A stretch of DNA of 64,000 bases from Psilocybe cubensis (Eukaryota): the NCBI GenBank assembly GCA_017499595.2, contig CM038998.1, forward strand, positions 3,224,001 through 3,288,000, in the 5' to 3' direction. The translations under genes were made by a program, and so were the position numbers. The notes below the pieces were generated by a model. The model did not search any database. It was not told the DNA's origin and saw only the letters and a list, made by a program, of their open reading frames with translations. Shown here in pieces: positions 1 to 16,155 of the stretch (its first letter is position 1; each line of letters begins with the position of its first letter).

Positions 1-418
1 TATACTAGCTAAAAGGCCTGTACGCTACCGAAATCGTGGGGAGTGGAATAAGCATCCAAATGTGTCTACATTAGTACAGTGCGATAGGGATACCCAAAAG
101 TGTGGAGGGTCTGTAATCGTAATATGCGTCCGTCGCAAAAGGGAAGGGGTCTCGAGCCAGAAAAAGGTGGGTGGGTGGTGAGATCGTGAATACAACTTGT
201 CCCTTCATAACAACGCAGTGATAGAGGTGGCTCCTAAATGGTCTTCTAGACATATGTCAAAAAGCATAAGTCGTGTCGTCTCAACAAGTCTCGTATATCC
301 GCTGAATATTCTTGACAAAGAATGTTCAAGAACTAGTCGCTTCCTACCCGCAGCGGAAAGGTAGGACCGTCGTGGCACAAAAGGGAGAATCCAGCAAGAG
401 CAGGGCGGAAAGTGTGGA

Positions 419-2948
419 CTACCATCGTAACATCTCACCATACATATTTGGCCTCTCACCCCGAATATATGACTCAAAAATGCGCTTTAGCACTGTTGCC
501 CAACCTAAATCTACTCGAACATCCTCGGCACTGTCTTCAAATTCCGCGTCTGAGTGATGCTGATGAGCTTTCGGTGATGTTGCAGAGCGACGAAGGGCTC
601 GACGGGCGGTGCGCTCGCCTTCCGCAAATCGTGGTCCCAGATCGGGCCAATTACGGGTAGGGTCGAAGGGTTTCCACCTAATACAATAGATCAACATGTT
701 TAGTAGACAGCTCGGGCGCGAAGGCTACATTGCCACGACATTGACGCACCAAAAGTTATGGAAGTGATAAGAATAGGCACCTCTGAAGAAGCCTTCGAAA
801 CCTAATGCTTGAGGAGCGGCGCTGTCAGTCGAGGGTGTGTCAAAGAAATGTTCAAAACTAACAATAGAAACATTTTAACTTTAGCGTTGGAATACATAAA
901 AAAAGGTCAGACCTGACCTTGTGAAAAAAGGTTGAGGCGGCCGCATATGTTGATGGTCCTCAGTTATCAGCCAAGCAGAGTCGAACAGTGCATCAGGCAG
1001 ACGCATTAACAAACCCTCAAGATGTGCCTCTTTGGTGTATTTAGAAACTGTCATCGGGTGAAAATCCAGATTGTTTTTCAATGCCGTCCGGAAGAGAAAT
1101 TTCCCAAGCGCTGAATTCTTGTTTAGATGTAATACGGCGGTATTATACTTCTCCAGTCGCGACCACCGATAAGCAAATGCGCCTTTCCAGCCCCAGAGCT
1201 CTTCCCAGTCTCGCAGAAATATGGTATCTGCGTCGAGATAGATACCTCCAAAGCGATGACATAGGACAAAGCGGGCCATATCCGATAGGATAACAGACAA
1301 CCGGTCATAACTTGAAAGGGATTTCGAACCAGCACGGTTAATCATGTCGTCCTCTCTCGTCGCCGTTGAAAGATATGCGGTGGCATTTTCATCAGGAATA
1401 CCTGGATTCTCGTTCAATTTGTGGGGTACAGGGATGACATACCCGGCCGAATTGAAGAGATCTCTGGACCGCCATTCATCCTTCAATTCCGGCACACCGT
1501 CCAATTGCTCGGTTGTATTCCACATTTTAAAATGTATGATGTCTTTAAACCGGGGATGGAGAAATGGTGATGCCCATGGATTCGATTTTAGCTGGTCGTA
1601 CATGTCTCTATAGGCCGCGGGATTCGGTACAGCAGCTGCAGGACCAGGATTAATCCATAGCCAAAACTGCGGTCTGCAGACACCGTTGGAAGGGTATTCG
1701 TTAAGGTGTAATCCAGTATTTTGAGTGAACAGGAACGAGAGAATGGCAAGATATGGTTTATCCGTGAATGGTCCTGTCCAGAACATATGAAATATACGTG
1801 GATTTTCAGGATCACATTGGGAAGGAGCGGTGGACGCAGGGTGATAAGGAATGGGATTTGATAATTCGATAGGAGGTGTTTCCCACTCTACCCCCCGCCG
1901 TTTAGTTAACCCGCTGTCTGGGTCAGCATTGGGGTCTTCAGTTATGGTTACTTGAGCTTTGCCATAGCTCGGTCCTGTATCCTCATCCAATCCGCGAGCA
2001 ACTAGAGCGCTACTTGAGTTGCTGAGTTGCTCAATGTATATATACTTCCAATCGTCCATATTTCCTCGCCTAACTCTTCTGCCGTTATCGAGACCAGCGC
2101 CGACGCGCAGCACTTCTAAACAATCGCGTACAAACTGAGACCTTAATTAGACCATGCCAACGAGAGGAAGCAGAGCCGCAGCACGCACCTTCTTCTCCGA
2201 GAAATCGCAATGTTCCATCACGACGTCTAAATCGGCAACACTCCCCGGCACTGGGCGTGGTGGGTATGCGATGTTTTCAGGAGAACTTTGAATATCCAGA
2301 TAGATTCGTTTCGAGCCTGTTCCTCGTGTTTCTGTCACATATGGTCCTTGTGGTATGTTTGAAGACCGCCTTGGAGGTAGCGCAGGATTGTCGAGAGGAG
2401 TTCTAAGTCGTAGTTGTTCAGGTACTAGAAAGGAGCTTGACATCTAGCAAAAGTAAACCAGAGCAAAGATCATACTCACTTCTTTGCCGACTTGGATAGT
2501 GACCACTTGAAACCTCCCACTTCCATATTCGCTGCAAATCCTCCCTCTTGAAAATGAGAGTCGGTGGATCTGTGGTGAATGGCCCAGGCCACCGTTTAGC
2601 ATGCGTCCCGAACCTCTTCCCTAGTGCAAAGACGAAAAACATAAGAAAGAGTATTGAGATGCATAGCACGAAGGAGCCTCTTTTGCGGCCAAACCGCGAC
2701 ATGCTGAAATGGTGCAACCGCCGAGGGTTAATGAAGAAGATGCGCAAGCGTCGAGTTGGGAAGCCAGGTATTCGTAGTGAGACATGAATCCACCACGGGG
2801 ACTGATGGATTCTGTTTGTTGCGGCATATTTCTCCTGCACGGCGGAGGACGAGGAATAGACTGGAAGAGGCGCATTGCTGAAAGAAAGACGGCCTCGATG
2901 GTGGCCGTTCTGGCGTTGTGGTTTTGGATAGTAGGCAGATGTTGCCAT
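419..2948 (-). CDS. Glycosyltransferase family 32 (DxD, OCH1/SUR1-like) type II membrane protein, multi-exon
   Basis: ORFs 2418-2954, 2147-2443, 881-2113 and 419-697 join across GT-AG introns. N-terminal TM helix (FVLCISILFLMFFVFAL) and motif SDMARFVLCHRFGGIYLDAD. Confidence 0.8.
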
Positions 2949-3318
2949 GAGCAAATATATGTGCTATATATTGCACAGGGCCGACAAGAAAAGCCAGAGA
3001 CTCCGTACGGTTATGAAAAGACACGGGTTAAGAGGATTTATGAATGCAATGCTGGTCTGACCGCCAGCACGGTTTGTTTTCGAAAATTCCGTCCGTGAGA
3101 TATGATGGAACCCGCAAATTTACCTCCGTTTGGCAGCAATACCATTCCTCCGCGTGAAGAGAAATATAAATACTTCAACGGGATAGCACTCAGCCGTGCT
3201 CAATATCTTTCACTCGAAAATGTTGTTTTAAATCTATATTCATACCGTGGAAAGAAAAGTGGCTACAAAGAAAAGCACGTCTATCATACAATTTTTGCAC
3301 TCTTGGCACATCGGCCCT

Positions 3319-5551
3319 TTAGGCGGAACCAAGTGGTTGCAGCTCCAAATCAGCACTATCGGTGGGCACGGAGAGCACGCGGAGAGTGTTAGTGTGACCA
3401 AGACCACCTTTCCAGCCTTGTACAGCAACGATGGTGGATCCGGGGGTGATGATGTTGAGTGCAAGTGCACTGCGCAAACCGAATCGGATTCGGTTGTCGA
3501 CCTAAAATTCTGTTTAGTATGGTTTAAAATCACAAAGAAGAAAACTAACGTCAGTTTGCCATTGGTGAGTCTCGATGCCTCTGGGTTCAGGGTACCAGAA
3601 GGGGTAGCATCCTCGGTGCAAGTGAATTTGCCTGGAGGTCTGCTGGTTGCGGGTGACTGTATACAATTTATCTTCAGCACTTTGCGGTGTCAAGCAAAAC
3701 GGAACTAACCAGTGATGATGGGTACAGAAGGGCGATATTTAGAAACGAGGCGTGCAGTGTTTCCACTTGTTGAAAGAACAAGGATGGCACTAGCGCCTTG
3801 CTCGGAGGCAGCAGCAACAGCAGCCATTGCCACTGTCTCGGCAGTCTCGGTGGGTCGGGGTTGAATCGACCTGATATCGTCGTACAAAGGAGGGTAGCAA
3901 ATCGCGGCTTCAGCCAAAAGGCAAGTCTCAGCCATCATTAGAACTTTGAGTATGGTTCAGTGTTGATTGAGAATTTGTCTGAGAAAAAAAAACTAACCAG
4001 ATTGAATAGGGTAATTACCCTTGGCAGTCTCTCCGGACAACATAACACAGTCAGCACCGTCGAGAACGGCGTTGGCAACGTCGCTGACTTCAGCACGAGT
4101 GGGCCTTGGGTTATACTAGGTAAAGACTTTAGAAAAACGCAAAGGAGTTCGGTTTTAGGTGGAATTACCGTCATGGACTATCAACTAATTAGTATTGCGG
4201 CAAGTAAGATTGTTGAAAGGGACATACTTCAAGCATTTGAGTAGCAACAATGACGGGCTTTCCAACAATATTGCACTTTGCAATCATCATCTTCTGCGCC
4301 AGGAATACTTGACTGGCAGGGATTTCAATACCGAGATCACCACGAGCAACCATGACACCATCGGTTTCCTTCAAAATCTCATCAAAGTTGGCAACACCTT
4401 GTTCATTTTCGATTTTGACGATAATTTTGATGTTAGCACCATCAGGTCCGAGGACTGTGCGAATATCGCGGACATCCTGTCCGCGCCGAATAAATGATGC
4501 GAAGATCATGTCGACGCCGTTCTTGACACCAAACTGCAAATCAGCCTTGTCTTTTTCTGACAGAGCAGGGAGATCGACATCAGTTTTGGGAAGGTTGACT
4601 CCCTTGCGAGAGGAGATGTTTCCGGAATTCAAGGCGCGAACGCGAACGTTAGGCCCGTCGATCGACAAAACCAACAGGGAAAGAATTCCATCGTCGACAT
4701 AGATGAGTTTCCCGGGAGCACTAACTTTAGGGAGGTTAACCTAGCTAACGTGAGTTTCCCAAGATACATGTAAAAATGTGCAACATACGTAGTCAAGCCA
4801 CATAATCTGGTCATCGCAAAGCTCGCTGTATTTGGTGTCGGTAGTGATGGTGAATTCGTGGCCAGCGGCAATGGGCCACTATCAGATAATCTTAACATAT
4901 GAACACGGAAGTATTTGATCGAGAGTGACGTACGTCTTTGCCCTCCTTGGTCAGGCCCGTGCGAATCTCAGGTCCTTTCTACAAACTACGTCAGTGATTG
5001 CTCCGCGGAAAATGATCAGGCCCAGAGTTAAGACTTACAGTATCGAGAGCAATGGCTACGGGGCGTCCTGTGGGGTCGGCTACATCCAGAGTGAGCAAGG
5101 AAATCATAGATACAAGAGCGTAACACGCACCAGCAACCATCTTCCTGGTGTTATCAATGACGCTCTGGTGGTACTCATATGAGCCATGGGAGAAATTCAT
5201 GCGAACTTAAGTGTGGGCGTTAATCGTCAAACTGATAAAATTAAGACTTCGTGCGCACCAACATTAACGCCAGCGCGTCTGAGCTCAGCCAATTTCTCGA
5301 TAGAATTAACCTTGGGGCCTTGCGAGGAGTGAGAATGAAAAGGACTTTTGCCATTGGGGATGAAACACACCGATAGTGGCGATAATGGATGTCTGAAAGA
5401 ACGGTGAACAGATGAGATGTTACCTACTAGCATTCTCAGGCATACATACCTTGCGTTTGTGCTTGTTGGTGTCGCTGGCGAGCGGGGCGTGCTCAGTGCT
5501 CAGAGTCGAGTTCCATTCGAGTTGAGAACGAATTCCGTCAGTGGGGTACAT
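3319..5551 (-). CDS. PYK1: Pyruvate kinase, multi-exon
   Basis: Motifs [78 protein letters not shown] at 5551, TAA at 3319-3321. Confidence 0.95.
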
Positions 5552-7668
5552 GGTGGATGGAGAAAGGATGTCTTGGAGATGAAGGACGAGGAGACTATAG
5601 AGAGCGGAGGTAGAGGGGGAAAAGGTGAAAAGTTTTTGTGAAGCGTCTGGTTTTTGTTGCAATCGCTAATCGATAAGATGCGGTGCACGTTTGAGCAAGG
5701 ATCAGGCCTAATTATTTAATTGGGGCCCTTTTTATATCGGCCGTGGTGTTCGTATCTCCAATACACTGTGACGGACAAACTCAGACTGTCTATAACTTGT
5801 CTCTAGTCCTCAACGTTCACAATGCTTTCAGCTCTTTTATTCGTCGTTCCCTTTTCTTCCAGGCTTGCACGCATGTAATAGTGCTGCAGAATCTTGTCAG
5901 AGACAATGTTCGTTGGCCGCTTTTTCGTCTGAATATCTGCCAAGTATAAGCAGAGTACCAACAGTATTCCTCAAATATCTCCGCCCCACCCAATCGCAAT
6001 GCAAACATTCCATTAATCAGAATCTTCCTTATATACGCCGTATGTGCGTCGCGCTCTCCACAGGAGGGATACTTGGTACTTTACGTTGGATCGCGGTAGA
6101 TTGTTTTACTACTCTCCCCAAAAGATTGCTAGACGAGTAATAATTGCCAATTCATACCCAAAAATCGGCCAAAATCGTATGCAATCGTATATGCGGAGTC
6201 TTTAGTCAACACCCCTCTCGACAATTGCCACTCAATCGACTCGGACAAACGCATCCGACGAACCCTGTGTAACGAGGCGTAACGGTACCCGACGACACGG
6301 TGGTACCAGGTAGTCGATGTTCGTGCCTAACACCACTGTTGGGTCCGACTACACCGCCATTGTGCATTGCACATTGCACCAATGCCAATTCTCTTATTTT
6401 TATTACAACCTCTCTTTTCTTGAGGCTTTCTAGTCTCCGAAACCCTCAAATAGATTTTACCCTCCGTTCTCACCAATTCTAATTCCCACAGGAAGGCACC
6501 CTCAAAATGCCTCTGTCCAGCATCTGGCAGTCCGGAGACCCGCTCCTTGTCTCTTCCTTCAAAGTGCGTAGATCATGTCCGTCGCCGCCACATGTTTCTC
6601 AACTTGGGACTATTGGATTGGGCTGTATGGAACACCCTATCGTTAAGTGGGCATATTCAGACAGCGTTTAATCTATCTTATCGGTCATACTTTTTCCAGT
6701 AGTCAAAACTTACGTCCCGAAATTGTTGAAGAATTTGCTTTGATGTACTGCATGCATTTTGTTTGTTCGGCTGCCGTCCCGCCGCTTGACACGAAATTTT
6801 GCATTCCACAGCAAATGTTGCTACCTACGAAAGGGACCCAGGTGACTGCCATAGAAAGGTAACATAGGCTACTATGCTACATTATCCTCTGGGATGGTGA
6901 ATAATGAGTTCATCTCATGGTGGCGGATTTACAAATTGTTTGGTACGTGTTGTTTTAACTTATGACCTTTTTGGAGTACTTCACATTGTTGTAGTCTGAA
7001 AGGTCACTGCACTTTTTTCTTTGTGTGGATTGGCCGGACGACAGCTGCCAAGATGGTCCAGCGAAGATTATCTTAATGATGATGTTCTGAGGGCGAACAT
7101 AACTATTCTGTGCAGTCCAAAAATGTGTACGATCTCGCTATACGACAATCTCCTATCTACCTCCAATGACCGACTATTTGCTATTCTGACCGCCGCGCGC
7201 CGTACAAGAGTCCGGGACACCTGTCCCTGATTTTGCTGGATTGGTATAGCCTATACGGTAACACGATATATCACCGCATCCACGGTAGTCAAGGTATAAT
7301 CTTAAGTCGGCCATTGGACTGGAAATGTACCATTGGCATCCCAGGGGGCACTGTACTATGCTTCCTGAATGAAACGTACGGGGAAGTCAACTTTGCCCAA
7401 AAATGAAGATGAGAGCCGCATGGCGAGTAGGCTTAACGACCCGAATACGAACAGGCAGTGCTGGTGCCAGGTGATCATAATCCTATCAATCATGATGTGA
7501 AGAGTAGAAGGTTATACAAAGCCTGAAAAAAATAAGCTAGCGAACATTTTTCCTTGACTGCAAAATCACAAAGATATCGTCATGTGCGAACAATAATTAA
7601 TAAAGAAAACAGGAGACCATACAATGCGATATCGACAACGCTAACTAAATATACAATATTACATCTGC

Positions 7669-10427
<2,759 letters not shown>

Positions 10428-11803
10428 GACGGGAAATGGATGCAGGTGGTTTTGTTGCAGGTTGTTAATTGCAAAACGCGTGTTGGACGCGATGCTGACA
10501 TAATGGTCGAAAAAGAATACTTGCACAAACACCGAAAAATTTCCCACGCCCTCGCCTCCGAGCCTGTAAGTCAGGCATTCTAGTGTTACTTCCTTGATCT
10601 TTTTTGCACTTCATTATCTAGTGTATGAAATTCGTACCCTATCATGAAAGTCTATGCTTATTACCTGATCTCTGTCTCTGTTCCACAGTGCCTTAACCCC
10701 GCCCATAAATTTGTCGCGTTTCATTGAATTCAGTCACCAACGCCTCTCTACCTTCTTTCTGATATAACAAGTCTATGCGTGATCACCTTCACCAACCCAT
10801 GACATTAGGACTATGGGGTCTTGGGCATTCCCATGTGACTCGATATCGACTTTTATCGGAACGAGGAGTCGTTGGAGATTTCTGATTGACCACACACGTC
10901 AGAGTGCGATTGCTGCGATATTTCTGATATACGACTCGCGCGTGCGACGCTGTCCGGACTTCGGAACCTCGGTCTGCCAGCTGGTCTATGGTTTTCGTGG
11001 CCTCTGTCATTTGATCATTTGGCACCATGGTGTGATTCACATCATATTCTTGTTCGCGTTTTTGAACTCAATTAGTCGTTACAGAGCTCATGGGAATCCG
11101 GAGTTAAAAGGTACAAGTCAAGTCAGTGGACGGTCCATTTATGTCACTGTCCAGCCGGTCCACTTTCAAAAGCAGTCTGTCCTGCCGAGGATAAAGTTCA
11201 TGCTTGTAAGAACTTACTGTCGAAGGCTAGGGGAAACCTCTGGATGAACAACGTCCAAGTGTCGACCGTGATGACTATATTTCTCTCAATTGGAATTCGC
11301 CACCGGATAATAGCTTTATAGCAGATACGTAGAAGCCGAGGTTATACTCTTCATCATTTCGGACTTGACGTAGACAGCTTCTACTCTAGAATTGTTCCAT
11401 GCCAATAAAAATTTTTTGATGTGAGAATGCCAGAGGCAAATTTTGAATTGATACATCTTCGCCTCAAATGGGACCTGACGACCACAGCACAATAGTAAAG
11501 CATAGTGAAACCTACGTATGTGTACAACAGAAAACGAAGCTAGATAAAATGAGTGTAAAGTTCTATCAAAGACTGTCGAGAGAGAACTGTAGCTAAAATA
11601 AAGGTAGTTTAAAGAGCGTCAGGCAACAGGTCGCCACATAGTCAGAGTTAAAAGGTGCTTGTCGGATCAAGGCCTTGTGTGGGCAGTAGACAATTTTGGT
11701 GCTCCCCTAGCGAAGTAGAATGTGTTATAGAAATGACTGGCGGGAAAGATGAGAGCAGGTTTAATCGGTTGAGGTCGCAGAGCGTACCTAACGTCAGGGA
11801 ACC

Positions 11804-12425
11804 CTAGGCCTGGCTTTCTGTCCGTCTCCAGTCGACATTTCCCCGAGCAACGCTGTCTGACCGTCTCCAATCGACGTTGCCACGAGCATCATTCTCTGAC
11901 CGTCTCCAATCGACATTTCCGCGAACTTCATTCCCTGACCGTCTCCAATCAACGTTTCCCCTAGCATCGTTTTCTGACCGTCTCCAATCAACGTTGCCAC
12001 GGACATCGTTCTCTGACCGTCTCCAGTCGACATTGCCTCGAGCATCGTTCTCAGAACGCCTCCAATCGACATTTCCCCGAGCATCATTCTCTGAGCGTTT
12101 CCAATCGACATTGCCTCTAGTATCGACCTCTGAACGTTTCCAGTCAACATTTCCCCGCGTGTCGATCTCTGACCGTTTCCAGTCAACGTTTCCCCTGGAC
12201 TCGTTCTCCGAACGTTTCCAATCGACATTGCCCCGGGGGATTTCTGACCGTTTCCAGTCAACGTTTCCCCGAACAAGGTTGTCGGCCTCGGGAACCTGCA
12301 AATGTGAAAATAAGTTAGTGTAGAAAGGTATACAGAGAAAGGATGACACATACGGGGGCAGCCGCTACAGTCGAGGTCAAAAGGAATAACGATATAGCAG
12401 CTAGGTAACGTGAGTTGAACAGCAT
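11804..12425 (-). CDS. Secreted Kex2-processed repeat protein (KEP) precursor, 187 aa, 12 x GNVDW
   Basis: Exon 1 (12425-12354) encodes a signal-peptide-like MLFNSRYLAAISLFLLTSTVAAAP. A 58-nt GTATGT...CTAAC...CAG intron (12353-12296) follows. Exon 2 encodes 12 repeats of (spacer)-R-GNVDW-(K/R)R. CATAAAAA lies about 60 bp upstream of the ATG. Confidence 0.9.
11820..12275. repeat. 39-bp coding tandem repeat (12 units, one of 36 bp) inside the KEP gene
   Basis: Recurring TCCA(A/G)TC(G/A)AC(A/G)TT motif with about 39-bp periodicity. Confidence 0.95.
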
Positions 12426-13893
12426 CGCTGTAAGAGAGGGAAGGGGTGGAGTTAGTGATGGGGAGGATACTACGGGTCATTGCTTTTTATGCGTGGTTAA
12501 AACCAGATCAAGTCCGTTGATCCCATGTATTGGGACCTGTTGAGATTCGGTGAGTGGGGAGTCGAGCCGTCTTTCCGCATCTGGTATTTTGGGTACCTTG
12601 CGATTAAATTCACATGCAGGATCTGTTTTTGTCCTGTTCGCAGCATGTGTCCCTCAGTGACAGGCGTCGGGATTAAACCTCCCGTTGCTGAATCGCTGTT
12701 CGTGCCCCCGTGGCGTTGCGCGCATGGTTCCATCATGAGGGCTGTAATCGAGAATTTTCCAGTTACGTGCCAGAAAAAAGCCTCATCTTGTAGGGCGATA
12801 CAGTTGTTAACGGTCATTGACCGCATCCCAGACGGAACTGCGGAGACTGGAAATCTCGGGACCTGTGAAACCTTTGATAGCGTCAACTTTCCCAGATCAA
12901 ATGGTGTGCCTTGAATGTGTACTTACTTACCAGCTCTCACACTTCCCTTAAATCAAGGTGCTTCCCTCTTGATCGTCTTACCCTGCGGATGGATTAGGAT
13001 GGTGCCTTCTTCGTAATTTCGGCTCTTTGAACAACCTTTAGCAGAGTAATAGAATGTAAAAATATCACTCTGTACCTCGTCCCACTCCCAACTCTATTCA
13101 CTATTCTTTACAAATGTCCGTGGCCATCCAATGACGCCGTCACATTACCCATGGTGGGCACTCCCTCCGCAAGGTAATAGACGTCAGAGTCCGTCTCAAA
13201 TGTTCTAATAGAACCTGTCACGTCAAAACTGCAAAACTCTCTCAAAAACATGAGAACATACCAAAAACAAGATGTCTTCAAGACGACGGTCCTAGGATAC
13301 GGATACTTAATCTGGGGTGTAGTCGGTCGTGAAAGATAACTATCTGCTTCAGGAAATTCTTCACTCGGATGTCTTTCGGCACAATGTCTGGTTCTGGAAA
13401 TAGATGGACCTAATCCAAAGGAGTGGTTAACAATCAGAGCAATGGTAAGTATGAATAGTTTTAAACTCGACTTTTTTTGTTTTCAAGACGAATCGGTACA
13501 TTGTTTCCCTGCTGTTTCCGTGACCTGGAGTACAGCCAAACCGAGTCAGTGGAGGCAACTGCATGGATGACAAATTGACACTTTAGAGATGATTTATCTC
13601 AACATGAAACGACGTCTGGAACCGGGGCCCCTTCTCACACTAGAAGCTACCACCCATAATAGACCAACCCATGCAGACTTGATATCAACAGGACGAAGAA
13701 CTGTGTGGACTACCACAGACAGCTTTGTTTATCACGTATCTTTGCGTATAAAAAGCGCTTCGGCAAGTTAGATTACAATCCCTACCTTTAAAGTACGAAC
13801 ATCGAACAAAATCATTGTGTAATTAGCACAGAATGACGACCGGATCATGATGTCATGTTGGCTTTACATAGTGATACAGATAAGACGCATAAA

Positions 13894-15971
13894 TCAGTCC
13901 TATTGAGATACATTTAGTGATAAACGAGAATACCGTTGAAGAGCGGATACTTACCCAAAGCTTGATGAGGCCATCCCATGACGCCGTTATCACTTTGGAC
14001 TACAAAGGGCGAAGGTTAGTCTTGTATCGATGCGAAGAAGTACCACTTACACTTTCGTGAGGTAGCCATTCATGGGCGATGACAACTTTGGAATGGGCTT
14101 TTAGTCGGGATTTAATGCGCCCTGTTTTCCAATCCCAAAATACAACATTGCCTTCGCCATCTCCACTACTGATCCATTTTCCATCCGGAGAGAATCCGAC
14201 CTGACACGCATAGCCAGCAACTGAATGACCAGCGAAACGCTTCTTGCGATTCTGCCGGAAGTTATCCGTACTGTAAATCAGTATCTGATTGTCAAGAGAC
14301 TGTGCGGCGAAATATTTCTCTGAAAATAGAATTAGTTGATATCTCGGTAGCGACTTTTGCAGAAGACAGGAGCATACTCGATGGATGAAGAGTGACGGCT
14401 GGCATGGAATGCATGTGAGGTTCGGCAATATATTTGATGACGACTGGGATATCGAAATCCCATGCACGGATCGTTTTGTCGTCAGATGTCGTCACAAAGC
14501 GTCGATTTTCGTCAACAAAAGTGATGGTGTTTACAGGTCCAAGATGTTGGTCGTATTCTTGTGTTATTTCGCCTGAATTCATATCATACTGAGAAAGGAG
14601 GGTCAAGCCCGGAATCGCATTGAAATATATGTGGAGACCTCACCTGAATGATTTTCTTGTCGGACATACCGGCGAGGAAGATATTCTGTTTATCTTCATC
14701 GGGGTGAAAGCGGATAACATATGGTATTTTACCATTGCTAAACCGCTTCAAGCACTGGCCAGTTTCTGTATCCCACAGTTTCATTTGGCGATCATAACCA
14801 CATGACAAAAATTGCCGCCCATCGTTTGAAAAAGAAACATCCTTGACCGCTTTAGTATGACCATGGAATGTTCTCAAACAATTTCCGTGGGTATAGACGT
14901 CCCAAAGCTAATAGAGTGATTAAATGAATTGTTCAAAAGCCATTAAAAAGGGCCTACTTTGATTTTTGTGTCCATAGATCCACTCAATAATAGATGTCCT
15001 GTTTCGGGGAAAGTGCGAATAACTGAGACTCCCTGGGTATGTCCAGTCCAGGTATGTATGCAAACTTTTGGAATGAAACAATCCTGTGAGCCAGCTTCCT
15101 GAAGCAGGTTTGGTGCTTCAGCAACAGGCGGTGACATATAAGTCCGGCCTTGGTAATCTGTCATAGATTTGCCATGGAAAACAGAGGTTTCTTGGCCTTC
15201 TCCGCGTTTTGGCTTTGGCTTTTTGCCAACAAATTGAGGTTCTGGCTCTTCTTCCTCTTCCGCCTCATCATCATCTTCACCAGTGCCTTCCAATCCAGAC
15301 AGGAAATGTTGTTGTGGCTCCTCTCCCTCCCACGTAGCCCAAGGTCCAACATAAGCGCCCTCACCATCAACGACGGACAAGTCGCCTTTCTGCTTTCTTT
15401 TCCGTTTGAGCTCTCGCTTTTGGTCTCTTGTAGCGCGAAGAGTATCAATGGTTGAAAAATTATTAGCTTTTGCGTTTTCCAGGGAGCCCAAGACAGCGGG
15501 CGCGTTTGGATCAATGGAAGGATTGGCAGAGTAGCCCAAAATGGAATGGGTGAGATGTTGGGCACGAAACGCATGCTCTGACATGGACTGCTCTTCCACA
15601 TGTCCAGCAAGGGCATTTTGGTTCATGAATCGTCCTCTGTCTCCAAAAGGATTCTCTGGTCCTTGGATTGGAAGAGTCAAATCCTTGTATGGGATATTCA
15701 CATTCATTTGCGTATCACTCGGCCGAGTAACCAAAGAAGTCATGTTTAGAGGATCCTGATATTGCAATCAGCGAGATGCTTGACGCGATAGCGAACACAA
15801 ACACTTTACCTCTGCTAGAACATGTGGGGCAGCATCCCTCGGGGCAGACTGGGCCGGTCCTTCCTCAACGCGCAACTTCTTTGCGCTTGGGAGAGAAGAT
15901 AGGCCAAAAGCATCCTTGGAAATGGATCCTACATCCTCCTCGTCAGAGGAGTATGCTATAGAAAGCGACAT
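13894..15971 (-). CDS. CDC40: Pre-mRNA splicing factor Prp17/Cdc40 (WD40)
   Basis: [67 protein letters not shown]. Confidence 0.92.
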
Positions 15972-16155
15972 TATACTTGGTGTTTGCCAGTTGATCGCGT
16001 TAACCTATTGTCAAGCAGTCACGTCACATTAGAGAAGTCAGTCATGCTATGTGACAACGTGACCATCATACAGCCTCACTGTGCAGCTGCTTTCCTGGTT
16101 CCGAGTGAGCAGCGCCCCAACCTTTCCTCTGGCATGATTCGGTGACTCGTCCACC

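Noticed and set aside
6507-7230. Possible small spliced gene between PYK1 and MCM3
   Set aside because: An ATG and some splice-like signals exist, but I could not build a convincing open frame or see homology.
11820-12275. CRISPR-like appearance of the 39-bp periodic repeat
   Set aside because: Eukaryotic context, no unique spacers, no cas genes, and the repeat is protein-coding.
11794-12480. 228-aa alternative-frame ORF and the 148-aa antisense ORF over the KEP repeats
   Set aside because: By-products of a stop-free tandem repeat. Only the spliced GNVDW frame has a signal peptide, dibasic sites and synonymous-only core variation.
10550-13800. Possible RiPP (dikaritin) tailoring cluster around the KEP
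   Set aside because: No DUF3328 (HxxHC), tyrosinase, P450 or peptidase is recognisable, and the flanking ORFs look non-coding.
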